This document shows, piece after piece, positions 14,131-26,777 of a DNA stretch of 64,000 bases (its first letter is position 1; the number at the start of each line of letters is the position of its first letter). The notes below the pieces were generated by a model. That model was not told where the DNA came from. It ran no database searches and was given only the letters and a program-made list of their open reading frames with translations. A program made the translations under genes and the position numbers. Source of the DNA: Takakia lepidozioides (lineage: Eukaryota; Plantae; Bryophyta); NCBI GenBank assembly GCA_030704615.1, contig CM060731.1, positions 69,626,001 through 69,690,000 on the forward strand, written 5' to 3'.

Positions 14131-14979
14131 GCCCAGCATATATGACCAGGGTGGGGGGCACAGCCATCATATCACAGCCATCACTGACACAGCCTATCAC
14201 AGCCCATCATGACACAGTATCACAGCCTATCACAGCGTGTCACAGCCTATCACAGCGCCTATCACAGTATATGACACAGCCTGTCACAACAGCCTACTAA
14301 AGTTACACGATCCATAGAATCAGTGACAAGTGGACACATAAACTTCAGGAAAATGGCTGACGGAAGAGAAAACGGAAATTACTTTAAAAATAGACACGTG
14401 GAGGTCAGGGCGCGACACACAGCGAGAAGGAAGCAAGAACAGGTGTCAAAAAGAAAGAGGACAAGAACGGCCGTCAAAAGGGATGAAAGGCGGGCCCATT
14501 AATGAATACGGAAAAAGGGAAACGGAACGAACGGCAAGTACAGAAAAGCGAATTCTTGTCACATGTGTGTGATCCTAGTGGACTATCCAACAGGGAAAGT
14601 CCACTAAAGAAGATAAAATCTAAAATCCAGTCACAGCGGATACAGCCAATAGAAAACCAGAGAAAGATCAAGAAAATGGAGGGAAATTGAGCGCAAGAGG
14701 CGGCGTCGTTCTGAGTAACGGGCGTCTCGACAGGACAGACCATCAATGCTATAACTTGGAAACTATGGAGGAACTAACAGACTATACGCTCGCAATATTA
14801 CTTACGCAGTGGCATAGACACGAAAGGACAGAGCGGAGCTTTTCTCTTGAGCGATGCTTGCAAGCCCCGCAGGCTTACAAGAAATTACCCATAGCTTTCT
14901 GCGGCAACCATACGTTTATGCTTTGTGCACTACAGGCATTCCTGCAGTTGTTACAGCCAAAACAGTTCTGTGAGTCTAA

Positions 14980-17900
14980 ATGAAGAGAGTGAGAGGAATG
15001 GAGGAAATCAGGGTGAAGAGCACCACAATTCTGCAGAAACAAACGATTGCTACCCCAGGCGATACAGATACTGGAGGAGCTGAGATTGCAAGGATTGCAA
15101 AGCCTAGATTGGACACTACACCATAGACAGTACATGTTACAATTTTTGCAGAACTTTGAGCCAAGGACAGGAACAACAACGGTGAAGGGAGTTGAATTAA
15201 TGATTACTCCCCTATACCTCCAGCAATTGTTTCGATTGCCAGCAGGTCAGGTGCATGTGGAGGAACACAGGGCAAGACTGCAAATAGGGACTTATTCCAA
15301 GAAGGGAGTTTCTTTAAAACTCAGGGTTATGCTTGTACCAAGGCTGTGTACCCAGGGTTAAAAGAGGTAGGCCAGGTATTGAACGTTCTGATTGCCATGA
15401 AACAGAACCAACAGTATTTGAGCAGATCCTTCACGAGGAAATACTCAAAGGCCTGAAGGGACAAGAGGTACAATGGGCGGACATAATGTACAACGCACTG
15501 GTAGAGGAGATGAAAGATTACAAGGTACTACCGCAAAGTCTCCTATCATAGTGTCTGGCCCAATCATTGCTCAAATAATCCTTGATTCTGGCATACTTAA
15601 TGCGCAAGAAAGAAGGAAATGGGAGTGTTTGAGCCAGAAACAACTGCAATGGAAGAGCAAGGCTCTTCACACAGTGAGGGTGGACTAGCAGGGCAACCCG
15701 AGACTAAGAGGCAGAGACGGGGAAAGACTGTAGTGGCGGATCCACTGGCTTCACGGATTCCGCATGATAATGTTTCCCAAGCTCATGGCCAGGAAGGGGC
15801 ACAGCAGCACAGAGAAATGCTATTACTGGAAGCAGGACCTTCAGAGAGGGAGGAGGAAGTTACTTCTGCATCACAACCATCACAGCCACTGAACGACTTG
15901 TCACAAGGTCACAAGTTATCCATGCAGCTCAACCAGAAATAATTGATTTGGAAAGTGAAGGGTTAGATATTCCAACTACAGAACAGATAGTGGCAGAAAT
16001 AGAGAAGGGGGACCTTCTCTATGAATATTCTGGTCTGGTCAAGGAGACAGAAATCCCAGAGGTGCAACAGTTGCCCAAGGGAAATCCTGAGGTGCATATA
16101 ATACACACACCTGTGTCGGAGGTACCACAGGCGGAAGGTCATGACACTGTAGCACCGGTGATAGATGAAGTAGTTCAGGAAGAAAATCCGGTGGGACAAT
16201 GGCCTGAATGGTTAGTGAGACATCACACTGTTGAAGATCAGGAGGAACAGCAGCAACCTCACCATGATGACCCTCAACAGGCAATGCTGATGAGTTCCAT
16301 AGGCAGGACACTTAATTTGTTGGGGACTTATGTCAAATCCCATGTTCCAATTACCCAATTGACAGCCTTGAAAGAGGAACTCAGGAAGGAGTTTGAGGCT
16401 CGACTTGCCACTGAGTGTGCAAACAAGGTCGATGAAGAGGTCACTCTCAAGATGAAGCAGGACTTGGGAATACAGAACAAAAGGCTTTGCAATTGGCCAA
16501 GCAACATTGATTGAGGCAGGCCTCGCGCAAGACCAGTTGCACGAAGCACATAAGCAACAGCTATACCAAATGCAGGTGCAGCATGAAAGCAAGTTGCAAG
16601 AACTGAATGCACTACATACGGAGTTGCAGACAGTGCATAACAGGATGGCGATACAATGTGCTACATTTACAACTATGCTTGACCAATCTACAAAAGAAAT
16701 AAACAGTCAAGCGGAAAAATGTACGAAGGCAGAAGAAGAGAATGTTGAGCAAATGAAGCTCATTGTCGATATGAAGAATACAATCTGTCGCAATGAAGAT
16801 ACTTTCAAGCAATACAGGCAGATTGAAGCTGATCAAGATAAGCACATCATGGAGTTGCAACAAACCATCATGGCCAATAAAAATGAAATCGCAGTCAATA
16901 ACAGGGCTTGGAAGGAAGCCAATAATCTACTTGCTGCTTATGCGCAATTGGTTGAACCTCAGGCGAAGCGCATGGAGGCTTTACAACAGCAGTTGGAATT
17001 GTACAAGCTAAGAGAGGAGCAAACTCTCAGGGGAACCACAAGCAACTTGGTGGATAACAGCCTTATGCAGGTCTGGTTAGCACAAGGGGCCAGTAGAGGG
17101 CAAAGCACCACGGAAGCTCACCCAAAGCGAGATGAATGAGCTCAGCTGCAGGTGCAGAACATTGCCACAACTACTATAGACAATGTCTATAGTAGGATAG
17201 CAGAGTTACAGAGGATGTAGACGGACTCCAGACTCAAGTGGAAGACCTCACTTCAAACATCGACCAAAGAGTCTATATCCCTCAGGAACAGCTAATGGCT
17301 TCTTATTTACAAGCCAGAACTTTGGCTTTTCAGTCTTCACAGGAGGTGCAGGAGATGCCAATGATACAAGAGCCAGTACCACCACCACCACAACAAGTCA
17401 CTGTACCAGTAGCTGAACCTGTGGTTACTACAACCACACCACAGCCACCACAGCCGGAGGTATGGGGCAATGCCACTTTTAACCCACCTAAAACTCCAGC
17501 TGCAAGGGAGTACAGTAGGGCTATGATTATGCCCTTCAACCAAATTCCCATCATGTTGGATTTGGCTTGGAAAGAATTTAGTCCTCCGCAGTCATTCGCA
17601 CATTACTACCAAATTATGCGTATTTGGCTGCCAGTGGCAACTAGGACTAAAGTTCTTCCGAACAATCGACATATTGAAGATCATCACTTTGCACAATACT
17701 AGCACGAGGCAGGTACCATGTTGAGGGAATTGATTGCTTTCCAGGTTGTACATGGACTCATTTATACCAAGACCAAGAGGATAGCAAGTATTGTCATGGG
17801 GTGCGGGTTATACTACGCTGCTTGTTTTCTGGTACGTTACCACATTGAGCAAAAAAGATGCAAACACGCTTTCTGAGTTATTCCAGTGGAGATCATTGGG

Positions 17901-18528
17901 TATTACCTTCGGTGCCACCTCATATGTACCTATATGACCCAAAAGTTATGATGCAAAAGGATTCTCAAATTCGTTCATGGTTTCAAGCGGCCTGCAACCA
18001 TTTGTCAACACAGAAATTCGGCATTGATGACATTTTCTATAAGGGACATGTGGCATGGAAATACTTGCACGCTGCACCAGTAATTGGTACCCCACTCACC
18101 TGGACAGACAAGGAGCTCAGTGTCTACACCAATTTGCTGTTCAGCGGTTACACCAAGTTATAAAATACAAACTTCCAGACATGGTAGGACAGCATTGTAT
18201 GCCCCAGATGATTCCACAAAAAGTTCGAAAATTAAAACACCTGAGAGGCGATGAGGATTCTGATACAACTGTTTCTTCACCGAATTCTTTTGACATGGGA
18301 GAAGACTATGCAATTCAGATGGAAGAGAAGAAGCGAAGGGGATCTCCTATGCCGGAAAGATTACCTCGATATCAGCCTCCAGAGGGCCTCACTTATCCAG
18401 GTAGTGATCAACCATCTCCGTCAACCAGAGACAGACCTCGGGCTCGTACACACAGTCCGCCAGAAACTCTCAACGTCAAGAAGGTGCTCACTCACAAAGG
18501 TTTGCTAGTCGAAATCAGTAAACCGTGA
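14980..18528 (+). CDS. Large extra 3' ORF (Athila env-like/Transposase_32-like N-terminal domain, coiled coil, unknown C-terminal domain), frameshifted
   Basis: Chain of same-strand ORFs from 15047 to 18528 ending 15 bp before the PPT. QFLQNF..TVKGVELMITPLYLQQLFRLP and LKGQEVQWADIMYNAL resemble the motif pattern of plant retrotransposon extra-ORF proteins; Q/E/K heptad-like stretch at 16350-17270. Confidence 0.65.
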
Positions 18529-18542
18529 GGACACGGCTTTTT

Positions 18543-18556
18543 GAGGGGGGAAGGGG
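18543..18556 (+). promoter_or_regulatory. Polypurine tract
   Basis: GAGGGGGGAAGGGG 3 nt upstream of the 3' LTR. Confidence 0.9.
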
Positions 18557-18559
18557 TAA

Positions 18560-19509
18560 TGTTAGAGGACTGTCGGGGACTTAGACACTTATACGGGATC
18601 TGTAGGGTACCCTTAATTTTTGCACAGACTGAGACCAACAGGAGCCTTAGGGGTGACAGCAGCGCACTGTAGAGGGGGGTTACACAGCCCGTCACAGTCG
18701 TCACACAACACGCCAACACCACCAGCCCGTCGCAGTCGTCACAGCAGCAGACACAACCGACACAGCCGACACAGCCACACAGCCAGTCACAGCCCGACAC
18801 AGCCAAACACAGTCGCACAGCCAGTCACAGACACACGCCCGTCACAGTTTCACACAGCCAGTCACAGCTTTGACACAGCTGTCACGATCATAGGGAACGA
18901 AGAGTAGGACAGGGAATGACTGTGGGGAACAACACCTGCGAAGGGAACATGTTAGTTCACAGACGACGGTTAGTAAGGGAAACGGTTAGAACCGCGGATA
19001 GGAAGATAAAGGGAGAAACGGGGAATTGAGGGACATCATTCGGAGGAGGACTTCTTGGTGATAGAGGAGAGGGGATCGGGTAGAGATGAGGAACGGAAGT
19101 GAAGATAGAGAGATGATGAGTAGATGCTTGATATAGGCAAGGCTGTAATAATATTGTAGAGCAGATTAGAGACACAATGGCTTCGGCCTGATACCTGATA
19201 AATCATAATCGGATACTTTTACGATACAATCACACTGTGTAGAGAGATCTGAGTGAAGCTGTGAAATGAATGGATGAGCTGATGGAATCCAATAGATTGA
19301 TAAAGCAAACTGATATTTAATTATCAATGGTAAGATAGCTAACATGAATACCAAAAGGGAAACAAATAGGAAACACCCCCATGATACACTAGCTGTAGGT
19401 CATGACTGATTGTTCTGCGCGGGCTGAGTACTTAGAGATTTCCAACTCTTCTATCTTGGAGTTTCCGCCTCGAATAGCGAAGGGATGGGTGAGTAAAAGC
19501 CGCGCGACA
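18560..19509 (+). repeat. 3' LTR (950 bp)
   Basis: Copy of 6520-7444, followed by TSD CAAAT. Confidence 0.96.
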
Positions 19510-19514
19510 CAAAT

Positions 19515-19594
19515 CCTGCTATCATTGATTTCCATGAGATCAAATCTCGCTTAGGCAACTTGTCAAAAACACTACATGCATCCACCACAGTTCC
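19515..19594 (-). pseudogene. PPR gene fragment immediately upstream (in gene sense) of the 6030-6519 fragment
   Basis: The minus strand reads GTVVDACSVFDKLPKRDLISWKSMIAG(F) and continues as AQQGHGAQALEIFQQMQKEG at 6519 once the LTR element is removed. Confidence 0.88.
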
Positions 19595-21273
19595 TGTCGC
19601 ACACCTCACTTCGGTAAGCTCCCCTTCAAGTCATAGTTACTCGCTTTGATGCGCACGCCTAACTCCCAACCTGGCCACCGGGCCAACTCGGAGCTTCGGC
19701 TGCTCACCAGGACATAACGGTCCCCCTTTTCTTCCCCCACTAGACCCTCCACCAATTTCGGCCTAGTGGAAATTCCCTTTGGTAGATGGCAGTCCGGAAT
19801 AGCTCCCCACTTCTTGGTCGCTTTCCGGCTCGCTCACTTACTCACTAGTTTTTGGTCATCAACGGGCTTGCACCGTTCTCGGGGTTACTACTCCTTATAT
19901 ATACTTCTGTGACTGTCCGCGGGGGTTTCACAAACAATCATGCCATCTTATGGCGAACCACCACGAGAACCCTCGACTCCCGGTGATGAGTCGCGGTGAG
20001 TCTTGGCCCACCCACCACGGTCCCATTGGACCGTGATGAGTCCTAAGACTCCCCATGACTCCCACCACAAGGTCTCCGCCCCCATGGTGAGTCCTATGCC
20101 ACCCCCACTAAGTCCCACTAAGCTACCACCACCCCTCGTGGAACCACCCCCACCGCAACCTGATGTGCGGGGCTCCACCTAGCGAGCGCCTCCGGCGGCT
20201 CCTTGAGTGCCTTGGGCACTCAAGGGTGCTTCAACCCCCGCATCTATTGTTGCCACTGCCCCCACCACAGGGGTAGCCCCCTTTCGTGTCCCGACCCCGT
20301 GCCCTCAAAGCGAAGGGCCGCGATACACACCCCTACCAACAGGGAGTCGATGTCCTCATCGACTTGTCCATTTTGTAGAAACGAAAATCCAAGTTGTGGC
20401 GTCCCACATCAAGGAGTTTGTTTCCGCACCATGGCGTCCCATGGCAAAGAACCAAACCCCATACTTGACTCTACTCTCCACTAGCTAGTTCGGCCGACTT
20501 CCTCCAAGTCCCGGCCAAGGGTGGAGCCTCTCAAGCTCCTCCCAGTGCACTCTTCTTGGCCCACTTCAAGGCCAAGGAACGATCCTCCTCAAGGATCGAA
20601 TCGCCTTACTGCAACAACATTGCTTGTGACTGCTCGTGATGCCGCTTTTGGCATCACCTTGAGCAAAGGTTCACCTTGGACCCTTTTTGACTAGGAAGAT
20701 AACCTTGAACCAACCGTGCGCCCCAATCACTACAATTGGGTCCGCCTTGGAATGTTGGCCTGAGGTACGGGAACACGCCGAAGGCGCACTACGACTTCGT
20801 CCCGAGGCTACACGATTGTAGTACGTGAACGGAAGCACGTAGCTTCCGCGTTAGCCCGCACTACAAGGCAACCCCCTCGGTAGCGCACTTATAGTACGCA
20901 CACGCGTCAGGTGCGCACTAGCACGTGAACTCCAAAAGAAAACGCAAGTTTCCTTGCCTCTTGGATGGGAGTCACCCGATTTCGGCACTACGCAAACACA
21001 CAATTAATCCAATTTACCTCTCCCACTTTGTAAGCTAGCATGCATTCTACACACTAGCCAAACAAACCATGCATCACCATTCCAAACAAAATAGGACGCA
21101 CAACATTTGGGAACCATTTCATTTATAACGAAATTTGTACAATACAAGTTTTTTCAATCGGGTTCCTGAGCTAGCTAAGCCGGGCTAAGCATGCATTTCC
21201 TCCCCCATGCTTCAAGGTTGATGTCCCCATCAACGCTTCTTTCACTTTTGAGGTCGCCCTTTGAAAGCTGCAG
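19595..21273 (-). mobile_element. Chromovirus 3' end: last pol codons, PPT (21196-21206) and ~1.6-kb 3' LTR (21195 to 19595)
   Basis: Minus strand reads ...GCAGCTTTCAAAGGG...GGGACATCAACCTTGAAGCAT GGGGGAGGAAA TG...GTGTGCGACA and abuts PPR coding sequence exactly at 19594. Only one LTR copy is in the window. Confidence 0.7.
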
Positions 21274-21275
21274 AA

Positions 21276-21984
21276 AAGCATTACAGCTGTATGGTTGACC
21301 TTCTTGGCCATTCAGGGCGATTGGATGAGGCAGAGGAGTTTATCAACAGAATGCCATTTAAACCAGATCCTCCAGTCTGGGGGGGGGCTTACTTGGTGCC
21401 TGCAGAATCCATGGCAATGCAATACTAACAGAAAGAGCTGTAGAATGTATCCTCAAGTTGGATCCCCGCAAAATGCTAGAGTGTATGTATTGCCTTAAAA
21501 CATCTATGCTGCAGTTGGCAGGTGGAACGATATAGCGAAGGTAAGATCAGCAATGGAGCATAGATGTGTGAAGAAGGAGCCAGGGCGCAGCTGGATTGAG
21601 GTCAAGAACAAGGTACACACATTTTGGGTAGATGAAAGATCGCACCCACAAACACATGACATATATGCCGAGTTGGATAGATTAAATAGGAAGATGAGGC
21701 AGGCATGATATCTGCCCAACACAAAATGTGTCTTGCATGACGTGAATCAGCAGACAAAGGAACAGACTCTCTACCATCACAATGAAAAGCTGGCCATTGC
21801 CTTTGGGCTTCTGAGCACGCCCCCTGGTACACCTACTCGCATAATGAAGAACCTTAGAGTATGTGGCGATTGCCATACTGCTACCAAGTTTATATCCAAA
21901 ATTGTTGGGCGAGAAATTGTTGCAAGGGATGCCAGCCGGTTCCATCACTTCAAGAATGGGGTGTGTTCTTGTGGGGACGATTGA
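21276..21984 (+). pseudogene. PPR E1/E2-DYW C-terminal region (PG-type cytidine deaminase-like), inactivated
   Basis: [86 protein letters not shown]. Internal stops near 21496 and 21706. Confidence 0.95.
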
Positions 21985-22464
21985 ACAATCAATAACAAGC
22001 AAGAATATCATCGTTCAAATGGGAATAATCTAACCATTCCATAGTATGAAAATGGCAAATTTTTGCGGGAAGATAATAGGAATAATGTAAGAACTTAATG
22101 CACATGTGCAACCCAACATGCCATTGTGGCGGTGGCGAGCCGGAGGCTGAGCTGCCGCCCAAACCGCCATAAGGTAATGGCATGTTGCGGCCCATTCCAT
22201 AGCGTTAAGGATTGCGTCTGCCGCCCTCTCATTGGCTTGCAAGTCCTAATCAAACACATTATGTTTCATAATGTGCTAGTGCAAATGGCCTAATGTGCTA
22301 GTGGCACTTTTTAAACCTCTTCCAATCGCCATACTAGGCCCGCAAAATCCTTAATGACGAAGAAATTGGCCTCACGAAATCACAAAAGAATAATGTATTA
22401 GGTAAAGTCCATCGAGGACTTTCTGCAATTTAAAGATGTTGTACAAGGGTGCTAGCCCTCTTAA

Positions 22465-25400
22465 ATTGCATAAAGTCCGAGGTGCAGGATTTTAGCTCAC
22501 GTAAAAAACTGAAAACACTTTTTGAACCGTCGATGTCATTCTGGACGGTTCAGATCTGACTATGGCAATAAACCCATGGGCTTCACCCCGTAACTATGAA
22601 CACCCAGGGAAATTACGAAATTCAAGACCCTCCAAAAATACAAGGACGCCGCATGTACAGCTGTCGTACAGGGAAGGAGACACATGCCATTAGGATTCGT
22701 CAAATCCAGATGATCTTGCTCCCCGATTCTAGAAACCTACCACCCTGCCTACGCAAGGAGCAAACCCTTGGGTTCAAACATGTCCCGCTTTTGCAAAGGA
22801 ATCGAGCTATGGAGGGAACTCTCGTTTAGGTTTTTTACTACCCGCCTATACTATCAAATACTTTATATTCAGGTTTTTCGTGTTATTTAGTGTATAGCAA
22901 ACCTGTCTTGTTGTGTTGTGCTTGGTCTCGTTTGTATTTCTGCAACGTCTTGTTGTGTTTGGCGTCATGGGACCTCGGAAGAGGCCTGCCCCTCCGGCAA
23001 ATTTCAGATTCAAGTTTTTTTTTGGTGGTACTAGGGTGCATGTGGAGAATCTTCCTAGAGTGTCAAATGCTTTTACAAGCTCTCGCGCTGCTGAGAAAAG
23101 GGCCAGGGATTCACGTGTAACGAGAGAGAGAGGTTGAGGCTCTTGAGGGCAGTTCTCCACCTGCGAGTGATCTCGTTCTAGAAGATGTAGACCCTAACTA
23201 CAACTAGATACCTCTAAGCCTCCTCGTCAGAGTCGCAAACGATGAGGGTATTGTTATTGCTATCAAGTGTCGCGCGTGCTCTAAATTTGACAAGAAAGAG
23301 AAGTTGTTTGTGCCGAAATGGGACTCTCTTGAGTAAAAGAAAAAACCTTGATGGGTCTTGATCTTACGTGGACACCACCTGTTTGCATCCTAAGAATGAG
23401 GGAAAATTTGCTACTATGAATCACCCTTCTGTTGTAGAATAAGTTCAAAGAGGTTTGTTGAAATCCTGAGAAGAAAAGAAAAGTCATCCAGTTTGCAACT
23501 ATTTTCTTGCTCTTGAGTGATGGTAGACAAATCCCTGATTATAAAGACTTAAAGTCATTGTTTGACTTTTTGCAAGTGAAGTCCACCTAAAGAAGCAATG
23601 GAGTCGGGGTGTTGGTTGGCAGATGGCTAAGTCCATTCACCAGCAAGTCTTGAAGGTTATTGAAACCATGAAGAAGACAAATTATGTGGCATTGACTGCT
23701 GATAAAGTCACCACAATAGACAATCAAAGTTGGACTTCTGTGCATGGGTATGTTAATGTGCAAGATTGGTCTAGGATCCCTATCTTGCTAAGTGAGGAGC
23801 ATGTTGTTGATGGCAGCAATACAGACAACCTAACTCATGTTATTACGAACGTTCTACACATCGGAGGTGGTGTGAGCAGTGCTGATAGCCCTACCAGACT
23901 TGTATCATCTCGAGCTGACGGGTTTGCTACATTTCAGGGCGTGCGAAACGGAGTGACAGTGCAGATCCAAAAGAACTATGCACCTTTCTGCACCGACATG
24001 CATTGCGTTGCGCATCGCACAAATCTTGCAGGTCATGCCTTGTCAAATATGGTTGTTGTGCACAGGCTGGAAAAGCTTTTGCAAGGTTTGTATGAGTACT
24101 TTTACAAGTCCCCAAAGAGACATCTTGAACTTTGCAAATTAGCTGAGATCATGGAAACAAAATGTAACAAAATTCTATGCAACGTCAAAACTCGTTGGAT
24201 TTCAACGCTTGCCTAGCGAAGAGGGTGCTGGGCCGAGTACAGGCATCTGCTTATGAAGATGTATGATGATTCATGCAAAGAGGTAGTCTTTCAAAAACCT
24301 TGAGCTGCTATGTGATGTTGAGATTATGCTGTCCCTTTGCTGCCTTGTGTCATTGTTGGATTGTGTACATTCTCTGGTCAAATTCGCACACCTCAGAGAC
24401 ATGTTCGTCTGCGATTTCGTGGATGCCGTGAAAATATGTGAAGCTGATGTGGAATCTAAGCCCAAGTGCAATCTACTATGTATCCAAGTGCTTCTCCCAT
24501 TGAGAAGCCCAAGTGCGACCTCGAGTGTCCAATGTCATCTAAGTCCAAGTGCAATCCCCTATGTATCCAGAGTCTCTCATGTTTGGGAGATCTAGGGTAG
24601 CCTGTGCCGTTGGCCCAACTTGAAGTGTCCAGTGTCATCTAGGACCAAAGTGCAATCCCCTATGTATCCAAAAGTGTCTCCTATGTCGAGGCCTAAGTGC
24701 GACCTCTAGGTAGTTTGTGCCGTTGGACCATATTGTATGAAGAATTGAAATCTAAACCCAAGTGCAATCTCATATGTATGCAAGTGTTTTTCCCATGTAA
24801 AGGCCCAAGTGCGACCTCCAGTGTCCAAGGTCCAAAGTGCAATCCGTTATGCATCCACAGACCCTGCAGTTTGGGAGATCTCCACGTCATTGTTCTAACA
24901 AAACCCATTTTATTATTTTTGCAATCTCCCCCATCGAGGCTTAATATATATATATCCATTTTCCTATTTTCGTGATTTCCAAAAACCCAAAATATTTGAA
25001 TTTCCAAATTTTCCACGTAAAGGGCCAATCACTGCTCCAGAAAGCCCACTTTGCTATTTTTCCCGAATTTCCAGCGACCAAAAGTACTCAAAATTCCATA
25101 TCTCCCACACCGCATGTCCAAAAATTATGAGACCAAGCCAGTGCACCCCTCCTCATCGAGGGCTTTCCAACGGCACCAAGCATCAGGGCTTGCCCACGCG
25201 GTGGTTTGGGAGTTCTCAACGACGCTAGAAAACGAAACAAACGTCTCGCTTCATATATTGATGTATTCGACATAAGTGTAGCATGTGTTGTTTGGCCCAA
25301 GTGTCATCTAAGCCCAAGTGTAAGATCTTGTGCATATCCTATGTCGAGGCCTAAGCGCGACCTCTAGGGTAGCCTGTGCTGTTGGCCCAAGTGTCTGATG

Positions 25401-26777
25401 TCATCTAAGCCCAAGTGCAATGTCTTATGTATGCAAGTGCGTCTCCTATGCCTAGGTCCATGTGCGACCTCTAGATAGCATGTGCCATTGGGCCAAGTCT
25501 CTAGTGTCATCTAAGCCCAAGTGCAAGATCTCATACTATGTATCCCAGTGCGTCTCCTATGTCGAGGCCCAAGTGTGACCTCTAGGGTGGCCTATGCCGT
25601 TGGCCCATGTGTGAAGAATTGAAATCTAAGACATCTCCTATGTCGAGGCCCAAGTGCAACCTCTAGTGTAGCCTATGTCGTTGGCCCATGTGTGAAGAAT
25701 TGATAATATATAATAAAACAAGTGCAATTTTCTATGTATCCAAGGATGTATCCAAGTGCATCTCCCATGTAGAGGCCCAAGTGTCCAGTGTCATCTAAGC
25801 CCAAGTACAATCTCCTACGTATCCAAGTACGTCTCCTCTATATGTAAGGCCGTCTGTGCGTCTCCTATGTCGAGGCCCATCTACAATCTCATATGTATCC
25901 AAGTACGTCACCCATGTCAAGGCCCCATCTTTTATTCCATGAATTTATTGAGTGGTACTATATCCAATCATTATTGATATATCTCCCGTCGAGGTTCCAA
26001 TCATTGTTCCAGGAACACCTACTTTGCTATTTCTTACGAAGTCCCAGGGCAATCCCCTATGTATCCAAGTGCGTCTCCTATGTCGAGGCCCATGTATGAA
26101 AAATTGGAATCTAAGCCCCAAGTGCAATCCCATATGTATCCAGAGACCCTACCCTACAGTTTGGAAAATCTTAGGGTAGCCCGTGCCGTTGGCCCAAGTG
26201 TCCAGTGTCATCTAAGTCCAAGTGCAATCGGGAATTTTATTATTATTATATATATATTTAAATATTTTCTCTTATTTAGAAATAATAGCTATTTATTATT
26301 ATCTTGTAGTTTACGGAATTTGTCCATATAACAATAAGCTCCTAGAGACAATAAGAATATATGTATTCTTAGCAAAGATCTCCACCCAAATATGAATTTT
26401 TCAAATGCTATGGACAAATCGTCATTTTGGGGGTTTTTTTGGTACAAAAAAGTCCATAGTGTCTTGATGGATGGATGGAATTGTTCACAAATTTATATTT
26501 GTGTCTATTCAAACATTGTGTATCTAGTTGTAAAGTCCATATATGAATTGGTTTTGCACAAATAGGTTTTTCAGATGGCATTTGGGACATTAGATGGACT
26601 GTGACAGTCCATTGGAATTCCCTACAAAAGTCCATAGCTTCATGAGATTTCATCCAGATTCCAAAATAATTGTACCTACATGTATATATGGTAAGTGGAT
26701 AACCCATTCTAAGTCCATTTGCTATGAATGTATACTTATGTGTATAGGGTGGAGAATAATATGATAAGCAGTCAGTC
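22465..26777 (+). repeat. Left arm of a large inverted duplication (composite repeat)
   Basis: Collinear reverse complement of 41815-45641, e.g. ORF 22913-23137(+) vs 44657-44881(-), 23623-24216(+) vs 43550-44161(-), and 26380-26777 vs 41815-42150/42780-42960. Confidence 0.92.
23240..24455 (+). pseudogene. Decayed hAT-superfamily transposase (ZNF862/DUF4371-like)
   Basis: VALTADKVTTIDNQSW, DGFATFQGVRNGV, MHCVAHRTNLA, YFYKSPKR and NVKTRWIS; upstream IKCRACSKFD zinc-finger remnant. Confidence 0.8.

Larger units (their letters stand above)
6520..19509 (+). mobile_element. Full-length non-chromovirus Ty3/gypsy LTR retrotransposon (Athila/Phygy/Selgy-like), 12,990 bp, with extra ORFs
   Basis: Two TG...CA LTRs, 5-bp TSD CAAAT (6515-6519 and 19510-19514), PBS, PPT and gag-PR-RT-RH-INT order. 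It is inserted inside a PPR exon whose frame resumes on the other side. Confidence 0.96.

Noticed and set aside
14980-18528. True retroviral envelope gene
   Set aside because: No signal peptide, furin site or clear transmembrane anchor is visible in the translations.
21560-21984. Possible U-to-C (DYW:KP/GRP-type) editing domain because of the non-DYW terminus
   Set aside because: It has a PG box (EPGRSWIE) and lacks the KPA/HAE features; GDD* is explained by two substitutions from DYW in a pseudogene.
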